Positions 10,095-20,036 of a stretch of 64,000 nucleotides of DNA are shown piece by piece. The translations under genes were made by a program, and so were the position numbers. Within the stretch, counting starts at the first letter, position 1. Every line of letters begins with the position of its first letter. The notes under the pieces are model-generated. The model was given only the letters and a program-made list of their open reading frames with translations, searched no databases and was not told where the DNA came from. This stretch comes from Candidatus Cloacimonadales bacterium. GTDB lineage: Bacteria > Cloacimonadota > Cloacimonadia > Cloacimonadales > JAIOQZ01. The stretch lies in the NCBI GenBank assembly GCA_963665815.1, contig OY762463.1, forward strand, positions 384,001 to 448,000, in the 5' to 3' direction.

Positions 10095-12869
10095 TTATTT
10101 AATTACCCTGTTATCTCTCAACTTTTTAAACTTATCTTCGTATTCCTTAGCTTTTTTCTCGTCTTTCATCTTGTCTCGATATAATGCTATGATTTTCTTA
10201 TAAGTACTATCCTCTTCAACTTTATCAAGGAGAGTTAAATACTGTTCTTCAGCTAACTTGTATTTCTTCAGTTTAACAAACAAGTCAGCAAGTCTTTCAT
10301 ATCCATAGTTAGAAGGTCTGGCACTTTCATGTTTCTTCATAAACTTATATAATTTTTTTGCTGATTTATAAGCTTTTTTAGGCTCTCCAGTCTCGTATAA
10401 TGCTACACTGAATGTTATCCTCATATTTGTAATTGCACCACTCAAATTATTCTTTGTCAGCATGTTATATCCATTACTTTCAAGCAGGTAAACGTAATCC
10501 ATTGCAATATCATGCAATTTTATCAAATCATTATATTGTTCAAGCCCGTAAAGTATTCCATTAATTTTGAAGGCCAGACGTAATGATTCTTGATTCATAT
10601 CTTTGGCGGTTATGGATTCAACAAGTTCAGATAAATGTTTCTTGCTCTCACCATAACGTCGTTCCCCAAAGTAAAATCCCGCAAGATTGAACTTCGCATA
10701 TATATCATCAGAATCAATTTCTGCCATCTTTTTGTAAGTTGCTTCCAGTTTGTCTGTGTAGTACTTGTAAGAAGCATCATTAATTCTTCCCTGACGGCAA
10801 AAACTGAGTATTGATTTGTAAGAGTTTATCTTGAATTCATTATCGTGAGTATCACGAATCAGTTTTTCAAGCATGTTGATCGCCGTATCGAAATTTCCTT
10901 TTTTTCTACCGAACTTGTTAATATTCTTTAAGATTTTTTCCTGAATGTTCTTATCGGCAGGATTGGCATCAAGTAGGTCAGCATAGCAGGTGATTGCCTT
11001 CATATACTCTTTGTTCTCTTCGTATTTTTTGCATTCAGCCAGCTTTTTTTCTGATATTTGCTTTGCCGTGAGAGTTTTACTGATGAATAATTCTCTTTTT
11101 TCTTTCAGATTGAGAAAATTGCATATATCTGCCAGTCTTTTATAATAGTATTTCTTGTTACTATCTTCCAGTAGATTCTCAAATTTGTCATAATATGCAA
11201 GGTATTCAGCAGCTTTAGTAGCATTGTCCTGTTTCTCTGCAAGAAATGTCATGTAATTGATGTAGATATCTACGATGATCCTCTTTGCCTTCATTAGGTC
11301 ATTCTTGCTCGCATTGGACTTAGAGTTGTTAAGATTCTCTCTAAAGCTCATTTTAGATTCGATATTCTCAAATCTCTTATCAATTGCTTTATCAGTTATG
11401 TACGGTTCAAGAATTGATGATATAAACTGATTTGCTTCATCAAAAAGGTCTGAATCCATATAGCATTTTGCCATGGACTCAATAACTTTGAAGTGCTGAT
11501 TGTTCATCTTGTAGGCTTTTTTCAGGAAATGTAGACTGTTCCTGTAATCCTTAGCATAGTAGAATTTTAATCCGGCATCATGATTAGCACGTATCTTGTT
11601 ATCCATAACTTCTATAGCTTTTGTATAGTAGCTGTTAGCTTCATCGGACATTTGCAGATGAAGATACATCTCAGCCATATTGATCATGTTATATTGAGTT
11701 GAAGGGTTGTACTTCTCCACTTCAGCTAGGTACTGCAATCTTGTGTTCTTGTCACCATTTGCTTTAAACAGGATATAGTAAGTATCGATAAGCATTTCTG
11801 AGGGATTATCGAAATTGAAGTTGGTCATCGTAAGTCGTGGATTACCAGGTATAAGTTCATATACAATTCTATCTGAGATAATCTGCTTGAACGGTATTGC
11901 TACTTCACCGTCTTTTCTGTTGATATTTACTTCAACACCTTCATTGATGATTCTTGTGCACAGATCAATAATTTTCTTGTGTACAATCGTCATATCAACA
12001 TTGACTCTTTTCTTCAAACTCTGAAAACAGAAGTTTCTGTATACACGAAGATCTTGAGTTTCCAGGGGAGCAGCAGCAAGTCGGTCTAATTCCTTGTAGA
12101 AAAGTTCTTCTTTTCTGCCCTTTCTCATATCATATCCGGCAGTATATTCTATTTTCGCCAATGCAATTTTATTGTTGTTCGGATACTTTTTCTCGAGCTG
12201 GTAAATAATGGTATCTGCTTCCAGAACATTAAATTTAGCATACTGGTGTATGAATTTAAGCTGAGGGAACTCGTCTTCCGGATATAGTCTGGAGTATCGT
12301 GCAACACATGAATCTATAAGGGATAGTTCTTTAATCTGTGCATATATGTCCCCCAGACCTTTGTAATAGCTGAGTCTGGACTCTTTATCTTTATCTCCGA
12401 AGTCCATCAGGTTGTTTTCAAAAGTCTGCAGGAGCTCAACAGCTTTTTCTCTATCATCAAGGTGAACAGCATATATCTCTGCCAGCTTCTCATAAGCTTC
12501 GAAATGCAGAGATTTTTTCTCTATAGCTTTTTCAAAACATTTAACAGCTTCCTCAAACCTTTCCATCTCCATATAAGTCTTACCAAGTCCTTCATATGCA
12601 TAACGGAACTCATTATCAATATCTTTAGCTTGTAAATAGTATACTTCTGCAATATCGTAGACTTTGCTTTCAAAGTATTTGTCCCCCAGAGCAACATAGG
12701 GAACAGGTGAGTCCGGCTTGGTATTTACAAACTCTTCCAGCTTTTTGATTGGCATGATGCGGTATCGACCGATTTCCGTGTTGTAGAGAGTGTTCGCTGA
12801 AAGGTTTGTTATGATAAAAATGGATATTATCCATGAAAAGATGTGTTTTGTAATGTTGCTATTAATCAT
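10095..12869 (-). CDS. Secreted TPR protein, array paralog 4 (924 aa)
   Basis: Same N-terminal module; long TPR-rich C-terminus. Confidence 0.8.
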   Translation of the reverse strand: MINSNITKHIFSWIISIFIITNLSANTLYNTEIGRYRIMPIKKLEEFVNTKPDSPVPYVALGDKYFESKVYDIAEVYYLQAKDIDNEFRYAYEGLGKTYMEMERFEEAVKCFEKAIEKKSLHFEAYEKLAEIYAVHLDDREKAVELLQTFENNLMDFGDKDKESRLSYYKGLGDIYAQIKELSLIDSCVARYSRLYPEDEFPQLKFIHQYAKFNVLEADTIIYQLEKKYPNNNKIALAKIEYTAGYDMRKGRKEELFYKELDRLAAAPLETQDLRVYRNFCFQSLKKRVNVDMTIVHKKIIDLCTRIINEGVEVNINRKDGEVAIPFKQIISDRIVYELIPGNPRLTMTNFNFDNPSEMLIDTYYILFKANGDKNTRLQYLAEVEKYNPSTQYNMINMAEMYLHLQMSDEANSYYTKAIEVMDNKIRANHDAGLKFYYAKDYRNSLHFLKKAYKMNNQHFKVIESMAKCYMDSDLFDEANQFISSILEPYITDKAIDKRFENIESKMSFRENLNNSKSNASKNDLMKAKRIIVDIYINYMTFLAEKQDNATKAAEYLAYYDKFENLLEDSNKKYYYKRLADICNFLNLKEKRELFISKTLTAKQISEKKLAECKKYEENKEYMKAITCYADLLDANPADKNIQEKILKNINKFGRKKGNFDTAINMLEKLIRDTHDNEFKINSYKSILSFCRQGRINDASYKYYTDKLEATYKKMAEIDSDDIYAKFNLAGFYFGERRYGESKKHLSELVESITAKDMNQESLRLAFKINGILYGLEQYNDLIKLHDIAMDYVYLLESNGYNMLTKNNLSGAITNMRITFSVALYETGEPKKAYKSAKKLYKFMKKHESARPSNYGYERLADLFVKLKKYKLAEEQYLTLLDKVEEDSTYKKIIALYRDKMKDEKKAKEYEDKFKKLRDNRVIK

Positions 12870-13600
12870 ATTATGATTTTCTCCTGTATTGTATGAATCA
12901 CCAATAGTGTTCCATGTTTTTTTATATTTTTGTATATGATATGGAATCTCTTGTTATCTTTTATGTCTGCATCATCAGTCTGATTGAGTAGATTAAGCTC
13001 TTATAGAATAAGATTACTGTCGGGAAATAGTTCCAACGCTTTATCGTACAACTTTCTGGCTTCGATTATATCTCCTGCATACAGGTACGATCTTGCCAGA
13101 AATAAGTAGGCTCTATCGCTTTTATTACAACTGTCTGCTTTGACTTCCGAATCAAAATATGTCCTGAGATTACTCAAAACTATCTGAGTTTCATTTATAT
13201 TATTGTCAATATAATACGTTTGAAGCCTAATCAATTTAAGGAATTCTGATTCCTGTTCTTCTATCAAGATCACTCATAGTGTGTGAAAAAAGTAATTTTT
13301 GTCAATTGAATCAGTTAAAAACTAATCTCCTTTCCCGACTTAATCGGGACTCAGGGGACTTTCAACTCTATCTTTATCAGTAATTTAAGTTGATTGAGTG
13401 GAGTCGAAATCTACGACACAAATTACTATTAACTATAAGAAAACTTACGTTTTACACAATCTGTCAATGGAATCGAATTCCATTATATGGTATCTACTTA
13501 TCTCTGTATTGTAAAGAGTATTAGCCGAAAGATTAATATTTACCAGAAGCAACGATAATACTGCAAATAATGTAAGTCTTATGACTTTCAGTATGTTCAT
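12866..13600 (-). pseudogene. Disrupted TPR array paralog 3 (N- and C-terminal remnants joined by a mobile element)
   Basis: ATG at 13600 overlaps the upstream stop and reads MNILKVIRLTLFAVLSLLLVNINLSANTLYNTEISRYHIMEFDSI up to the element. 13273-13001 matches the C-terminus of paralog 1 (KLIRL..YY, RAYLFLARSY, KLYDKALELFPD). Past an in-frame TAA at 13001 the frame continues to a TGA at 12866 overlapping the next ATG. Confidence 0.85.
13277..13463 (-). mobile_element. MITE-like TIR element, copy A
   Basis: Ends tagtgtgtgaaaaaagtaa / ttacgttttacacaatctg; TCA on both flanks; interior homologous to 19754-19930 in reverse orientation. Confidence 0.75.
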
Positions 13601-15450
13601 CTGACCCATCTCACCCTTCTTTTTATATCAGAAATTGCACTTTTGTCTTTGATGTTGGTGTTACCATTTTCCTTCATATCCTCAAGTTCGGTTTCAGGAA
13701 AACTATAGTGTATTTTATACTTTATTGCTTCCCGATAAATCTTCTCAGCTTTTTCAAAATCATTTATAAATCTGTAGGACCTGGCCATATATAAGTATAA
13801 CTGCACAGGAATGTCATCTTTCTTAATCTTTCTGAAGTACTTATACATCTTTTTAACATTCTTCCGGGCTTTCTTCTCATTACCCGGGTAGAAGCATGTA
13901 TAAAGACGAGTCAATTCATAATGAAGAACTATCTTAGTGTAAAATTCTTTTTCATAGTAATAGGGTTTGATTTTCAGTGTATCCAGATAACCGAAAGCTT
14001 TTGAGGGCAGATTGAGGTAATCCACAATAACCTTTGCGGCATTGGCATAATCCTGGAGTTCGAAATAGTCTTCATATAAATTCATAACTGCTTTAAAGAA
14101 GGCAGGATTTGCCTTTACAGATCTCTTGAGAAGCTCTATAGTATACAGGGGGTATTTATATGAAGTTTTTATAGATAAACCGTAGTAATCTAGTGCAGGA
14201 TTGGTCGAGAAAGAAAGAGCATATTCGAAGAATTCTTTTGCTGTTTTGGTGTCACTGTGTCGTAGGTGAAGATTTGTCATTTCCTTCAAGATAGAAGCTG
14301 TTTTGGGTTTTATCATCAATAGTTTTCGGATATACCAATCTTTTAATTCAGGATTTTTTATTTTTGTTACAGGATTATAAAGCATCCATTCAGCTTGCCC
14401 GGGACTGGTTATTTTCAGTGTACCCGGATCAAGGATATGTATTACATCTGTCGGTTCAGGGAAGATAATGAACTTTGTTGATCGTTTCTCAACTATTACT
14501 GAATCAGGCAAGTTATTCAGATAATTTACTATTCGGTCAATTTCTCGTGATAGTCTTTCCTTAAGATCGAAATCAACGTTATAATCAATACAAAAGGAAT
14601 GAAGCTCACAAATTTCCATCATAGATTTGTTCTCAAGAGGTTGTTTATCCATCTGGTCAATGAAATCCCGAAGAAGGTTTTGGATATCTGCATCAGCTCT
14701 GTATTGATTTCTGTAAGAATAATATAAACCCCTGTACCACTCAAATTTATAGCCATTCTGATTTATTAATTGTTTAAAATTGTCTTCCACCAAATTATAC
14801 TTTCCCATTCTGTTGAGCATATTCGCTTGTTTTTCAAAGTCATCAGGTGTAGATGGTACAAGTCTGGAAGACTTAACCTGCATGGAATCTGCAAGCTCAG
14901 GCTCATAAATTCTTTTATATATGCTTTTTAGTTTGTTGTAATACCAGGTTTTGCTTTGGTAGTCTTTTTTTCCATACTTCAGAAGATTATTTTCAAATGT
15001 CTGCAGCACTTCAATTGCTTTATCTCTGTTGTTCAGGTGTTCCTTATATATTTTAGCCAGATACCTGTACGCCATAAAATGCAGAGACTTTCTTTCAATA
15101 GCCTTTTCAAAGCATGCGATAGCCTCATCATATCGCTTCCATTCAATGTATATCCGCCCAAGTCCTTCATAAGCGAAACGAAAGTCAGGATTAATGGCTT
15201 TTGCCTTAAGAAACACTTGCTCAGCTTCCTTGTATTTCTTCTTACTAAGATATCTGTTTCCTAATTCTACATAAGGGGTTGGTGATGATGGGTTAGTTTT
15301 GACTAAAGACTCGAGTTGTTTCATTTTCATTATGCGTAAACGCTCTATATCTCTATTGTATATTGCATTTGCTGCCAGATTTACCGTAGAAGCAAACATA
15401 AATGAAATCACAAAAACTTTCAGAAATCTATGTACCATTGCTATACTCAC
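13597..15450 (-). CDS. Secreted TPR protein, array paralog 2
   Basis: Shared N-terminal module; probable start at ATG 15438. Confidence 0.8.
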   Translation of the reverse strand: MSIAMVHRFLKVFVISFMFASTVNLAANAIYNRDIERLRIMKMKQLESLVKTNPSSPTPYVELGNRYLSKKKYKEAEQVFLKAKAINPDFRFAYEGLGRIYIEWKRYDEAIACFEKAIERKSLHFMAYRYLAKIYKEHLNNRDKAIEVLQTFENNLLKYGKKDYQSKTWYYNKLKSIYKRIYEPELADSMQVKSSRLVPSTPDDFEKQANMLNRMGKYNLVEDNFKQLINQNGYKFEWYRGLYYSYRNQYRADADIQNLLRDFIDQMDKQPLENKSMMEICELHSFCIDYNVDFDLKERLSREIDRIVNYLNNLPDSVIVEKRSTKFIIFPEPTDVIHILDPGTLKITSPGQAEWMLYNPVTKIKNPELKDWYIRKLLMIKPKTASILKEMTNLHLRHSDTKTAKEFFEYALSFSTNPALDYYGLSIKTSYKYPLYTIELLKRSVKANPAFFKAVMNLYEDYFELQDYANAAKVIVDYLNLPSKAFGYLDTLKIKPYYYEKEFYTKIVLHYELTRLYTCFYPGNEKKARKNVKKMYKYFRKIKKDDIPVQLYLYMARSYRFINDFEKAEKIYREAIKYKIHYSFPETELEDMKENGNTNIKDKSAISDIKRRVRWVR

Positions 15451-15463
15451 CTTTATTCACAAA

Positions 15464-17313
15464 TCAAATATATAACTTCATCTTTTCTCTGCTTCTGGGA
15501 ACATTCCGGTAGTTTTTCAAATTTTTCAAGTCAATACTCTCATATCTCTGCATTTCTCTTTGCTCATAGATCAGGCTTTGATAATCAGGGAATAGTTTCA
15601 ATGCTTTTTTATACAGCTTATTAGCTTTTCTCTTTTTATCAATAATTCTGTATGCTCTTGCCATCAGAAGATAAGATCGTTCGCATTGGTCATTATTACT
15701 CCCCGATCTAAAATACTTTGCCATCTTTTTCACAACTGCCTTTGCATCAGATTCCTTTTCATCCCAGTAATACGCATATAGTCTTACCAGTTTATAGTAT
15801 ATCATTAACTTTGATAAAAACTCTGTTTCTCCTTCATAGCTGTTATTGAATTCCGGTTCGGGGAATTGTCTTGATGAGAATTTTTCAGATGGTAGTTCAA
15901 GGAAACTCAGGCATGTTTTTTCAGCGTCAAGATAGAATTTCCAATCAATGTATGTATCTATTACTGATACGGCAGCTAAGACAGCAGCAGGATCGTGCTC
16001 CAGGGTCTTCTTAAACAAGTACATTTTAGTTTCTTTATCTTCAAGTTTCACTCTTTTAGCCAACCAGTAACTGTCTAATGCAAGATTAGATGAGAATCTC
16101 AGAAAGTATACTGCATGAGCAATTGCTTCCCCCTCAGGACAATTGTGAAGATGAGTTGAGATTAATCTTTTTGCTCCTGCTGTAGTTCTTGGATAATACT
16201 GAGCAAGTCTTTCATAATACCATTCTCTAAAATTCATATCAAGAATCGGTCCTGTAGCACTATGTAAAAGAAGCTCTGCCTGTTCCGGATTTTCAATCTT
16301 AAGGATATATGATTTCATACCACCATGATGTCCCTTTTTACCTTGTGATAGAATTGTCTTATTATTGTATTTTTCAAAACTGGAATCCGGCAGGCTATTT
16401 AGATAATTTTCAATTCTGTCCAGTTCATTAGATATTCTGGTTTGCAAATCATAATTGTATTTATAAGTGTGGCAAAGCATCGACAAATCAACGTAATCAC
16501 GGAAACGTTTTTTATCAAGAGGAAGACTATCCAGTTCCTCAATGAGTTTGTTTAATGTTCTGATTGCTTTGGCTTCATCTTGTGCATATTTTTTGTAAAA
16601 ACTGATTAAACGTTTATAGGTATCAAAGCTGAAGCCTTCTTCCTGAAGAAGGTCCAGAAAAATTTTCTCTACTTTATCAAACTGCTTTGTTTTAATGTAT
16701 AAACCAGTCAGGAGTATTTTATCTCCTCTGTCAGCCGGTTTAATCTTAAATTTCTTTTTCTCTATTTCAATGGCAATTTCAGGCTCATCAATTCTGTTAT
16801 AGATTCTTGAAAGAAGCTCGTAGTTCTGACATTTAGAGTCAATGTCCTGTTTTCCGTACTTCATTAGATGATCTTCAAATGTCTGCAGGATTTCAATAGC
16901 CTTATCTCTTTTATCAAGTTGTAGTGCGTATATCCGGGCAAGCATGGAATATGCATGAAAATGAAGAGACTTTCTCTCGATAGCTTTCTCATAGCATTTT
17001 ATAGCTTCATCGAAACGTTCCCACATAAAATAAATACGCCCCAAACCTCATAAGCGAAACGAAAGTTAACGTCTTTTTCAATTGCTTTCAGGTATGCAGC
17101 TTCAGCTTTCTCCAGTTCCTGTCTATGAACATAACGTTTTCCCAGTTCCACATAAGCAGTTGGTGAGTCTGTACCCTTTGTTGTAAGTTCTTCCAAGTCC
17201 TCAAAAGACATAGGACGATAGATTTTAATTTCACTATTGTATCTTGGATTTGTGTACAATGCTGAACACAATAAAACTGTAACTATCAACCCGAAAAATA
17301 CTCTCTTTCCCAT
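15464..17313 (-). pseudogene. Secreted TPR protein, array paralog 1, frameshifted (or a sequencing error)
   Basis: ORFs 16999-17343 and 15464-17044 join if one G is added near 17046: FAYE-VWGV becomes FAYE-GLGRIY as in all paralogs. Probable start at ATG 17313. Confidence 0.8.
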
Positions 17314-17449
17314 AGTGTTTGCTCCCTTGTAAGATTGCATCAAGTTTCATGATAATTTCAAGATTATTCTTAAAAAGAAATTACTGATCAGAACTTAAAT
17401 ATATTTGTAATCAATTAAGAGTCAAGGAAATTATATTGCTGCTACCACA

Positions 17450-18352
17450 CTACCCTATCCTGCTGCGGAACCACTCCATTTTGAATTTTAGCTGACTGAA
17501 GAAAAGCCCAAAAATAACGACACCCATTCCAGCTACTTTTTGCAATGTAAATAGTTCATCAAAAAAGAAGTAGGATATTACTCCTGTAAAAACAGGGATA
17601 AGGTTAGAGATTAGTCCTGTCATGTTAATCCCCAGATCACGGATAGAGATTGCCAGAAAGATATATGCTACACCGGAAGCCATCACACCCAGACCTAGTA
17701 GAGAAAACGTCTGATACATTGTGTAACCACTCATTATCGGATGTCCCCAGTGGAATGTCAGAAGCAAAGGCAAAAATAAAAGTGTACTGATTGAATTCTG
17801 GTAAGCTACAAGAGTGATGCTCGAGTACTTCGTAACCAGGTGTTTTGTAACAATGGAATAACCTACTGCTGCAAAGATTGCCAGTGTCATGAATGCGATG
17901 CCTTTGAGGGTTGCTCCTCCTTCAAAATTAGAGGTTACAATCATTAAGATACCGCCAAAGGAGACAATCAGACTGATGATCTCACGCAGGGTTACTTTTT
18001 CCTTAAGAAGAAGCCATGTAAATATAGGATTGAACAGTGGAATAGTTGCAATGAGCACAGCTGCAAGAGAAGCCGATATGAGTCTTAGTCCAAAGCTTTC
18101 ACCTATGAAATATAAGAAGGGTTCGAAGAATGCTGCAAGGAAAATAAAAAATCTGTCTTTCTTCTCAATTCGCATTGATCTCTTAGATATAAGTATAATC
18201 AGGAAAAGAAATACTGTTGATATACTCAGACGTTGGAACAGAATAACAATTGGTGGATTGCTGTCCAAAAGGCTTTTTAATACAACAAAGCTGGAACCCC
18301 AGATCGTCATTGCTATTATAGAAATCAGAAAAGCAAATTTGTTACTCTTCAT
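17450..18352 (-). CDS. DMT/EamA-family transporter
   Basis: About 10 hydrophobic segments; IWGSSF, LLKEKVT and FFDELFT duplicated EamA pattern. Confidence 0.9.
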   Translation of the reverse strand: MKSNKFAFLISIIAMTIWGSSFVVLKSLLDSNPPIVILFQRLSISTVFLFLIILISKRSMRIEKKDRFFIFLAAFFEPFLYFIGESFGLRLISASLAAVLIATIPLFNPIFTWLLLKEKVTLREIISLIVSFGGILMIVTSNFEGGATLKGIAFMTLAIFAAVGYSIVTKHLVTKYSSITLVAYQNSISTLLFLPLLLTFHWGHPIMSGYTMYQTFSLLGLGVMASGVAYIFLAISIRDLGINMTGLISNLIPVFTGVISYFFFDELFTLQKVAGMGVVIFGLFFSQLKFKMEWFRSRIG

Positions 18353-19683
18353 TTCATTGTTCCCATAATGTATTTTTTTACCAGTTTATGCAGCAGTTCT
18401 TCTCTCACATCAAGTACCTGATAAGATCTTTTATAATTAATAGCAATACTGAATAAGTACTCTTTATCATTGTGAATAATCATACCGGAAAGAGCAGTTT
18501 TCCCGTCAAGATAACCTGTTTTCGCTCTAATCTGCACACCATCCAACTTTTCCTTTTCACTTAATGTGCCTTCACTTCCATGAATTGGTAGAGTTGAGAA
18601 AATGTCCCATTTTAACTCTGGTTTTCTGTAGCAGTATTTCAGTAGTTTTAGAATATCCATTGTACTTAACAGATTACTGTCGTGGTACAAGCCGGATGCA
18701 TTTGCTATCTTTGCATTATGTATGTGCAGGCTGTCTGTAAGCCATGATTCCGGAACATGAGTCATGTTTATCGAATCAGCTGTTTCTGTATGTCTCAGGA
18801 GAGTCTCAGCTATAAAGTTAGAGGAATAGATATTCATCATCTTGACCATGCTTCTCAGGTTCTGTTTGGAAATATGTGTATAGGTTGGATCATCAAAACA
18901 ATCGATACTGTCTGCGTATGAAACGATCTTCAAATCAGCATCAATGTTCAGTTTAGCTGTTAAGGCAGCGTGAAAATATCTGACAGGCTCGTAGACTTTG
19001 CGGTAATAGACCGGATGAAAACTGATGTCCTTTCCTATTGTCCCGGTAAGAATAATCTCCTGCTGAGTTCCTGTATTATTGAACTCTACTTCCAGCCTTT
19101 TTCTTTTTCCATCAATCGTTTTAGCCTTATTATTGATCTTGAAATAACTGATTCCGTCAAAGACTATTATCTCCGGTTTTTCGTTAAGCTCTCCCGGAAT
19201 AACAGTAAACTTGAATGTGTTATAGTTGAATGATAAAGGACAGAACGATGCCTGATAAGATTTCATTGGTTCTTTGTGAATGAGTAGAGAGTCGTATTTA
19301 GCAGGTATATAATAACAGACAGTATCGACTTTTGTCAGATCATGTTGTTTGAGTATATATGCGATCTTCAGCAGGTTATCAGATACTAAAGATGGATCCA
19401 TGCCTGAAACAACACAAAGCTTATTTTCCTGCAGGAAGAACCAGGTCTTGAATTCGGTACCCGGGTCAAGATTCTCAAGCACATAGGCACTGGTAAATAA
19501 TTTAACATTGGAAGCAACATTGAATTTTTTATCAGTGTTATGCTCAACAACCAGAGTATCGCTCGCAATGTCGTAAAGGATGTAGCTGTAATCGTCCGGC
19601 TGAATATCTATTGTATAGGCATTAAGGCAGAAAAGCTGTATTGCTGTGAATGTGAGTAAGAACAGTATTAAGTATTTTCTCAT
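18349..19683 (-). CDS. dacB: D-Ala-D-Ala carboxypeptidase/endopeptidase (PBP4, peptidase S13)
   Basis: ASNVK (SxxK), SSNFIAE (SxN), NASGL and AKTG. Confidence 0.85.
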   Translation of the reverse strand: MRKYLILFLLTFTAIQLFCLNAYTIDIQPDDYSYILYDIASDTLVVEHNTDKKFNVASNVKLFTSAYVLENLDPGTEFKTWFFLQENKLCVVSGMDPSLVSDNLLKIAYILKQHDLTKVDTVCYYIPAKYDSLLIHKEPMKSYQASFCPLSFNYNTFKFTVIPGELNEKPEIIVFDGISYFKINNKAKTIDGKRKRLEVEFNNTGTQQEIILTGTIGKDISFHPVYYRKVYEPVRYFHAALTAKLNIDADLKIVSYADSIDCFDDPTYTHISKQNLRSMVKMMNIYSSNFIAETLLRHTETADSINMTHVPESWLTDSLHIHNAKIANASGLYHDSNLLSTMDILKLLKYCYRKPELKWDIFSTLPIHGSEGTLSEKEKLDGVQIRAKTGYLDGKTALSGMIIHNDKEYLFSIAINYKRSYQVLDVREELLHKLVKKYIMGTMK

Positions 19684-19753
19684 AGTGTGAGTTCCTGATA
19701 AATTAAATCTCTGTTTATTATATGGCAGTTTGTCGAGATCTCGAGTCTGCTCA

Positions 19754-19930
19754 CAGTGTTTAAAAAACGTAAGTTATTTCAAAGTTTATAGTAATTTATG
19801 TCGTAGATTTCGACTCCGCTCAATCAACTTAATATACTGATAAAGAAACATTTGAAAGCTCCCTGAGCGGAGTCGAAGGGATATGCTTTTAACCAAAAGA
19901 ACGACAAAAATTACATATTTATACACACTG
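19754..19930 (+). mobile_element. MITE-like TIR element, copy B (best preserved)
   Basis: TIRs cagtgtttaaaaaacgtaa / ttacatatttatacacactg; 3-bp TCA duplication; internal inverted pair ttcgactccgctca / tgagcggagtcgaa. Confidence 0.8.
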
Positions 19931-20002
19931 TCAATGCATTCGAAACAACATCAATAATACTGTTTTGTATCAATTAAAAAACAAAGAACCTTATAAAAAA
20001 TC

Positions 20003-20026
20003 AAAGCCCCGAATTAACGGGGCTTT
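20003..20026 (-). terminator. Intrinsic terminator of the M3 peptidase gene
   Basis: aaagccccg-aattaa-cggggcttt perfect stem with a T-rich tail on the minus strand. Confidence 0.8.
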
Positions 20027-20036
20027 AAAAGTAAGT

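Noticed and set aside
12999-13003. In-frame TAA as possible stop-codon recoding
   Set aside because: TAA terminates many intact genes here and the gene is already destroyed by a deletion; simple decay.
17889-18368. 159-aa plus-strand ORF and the many other 60-160 aa antisense ORFs in the track
   Set aside because: They are shadows of well-supported genes on the opposite strand or frame.
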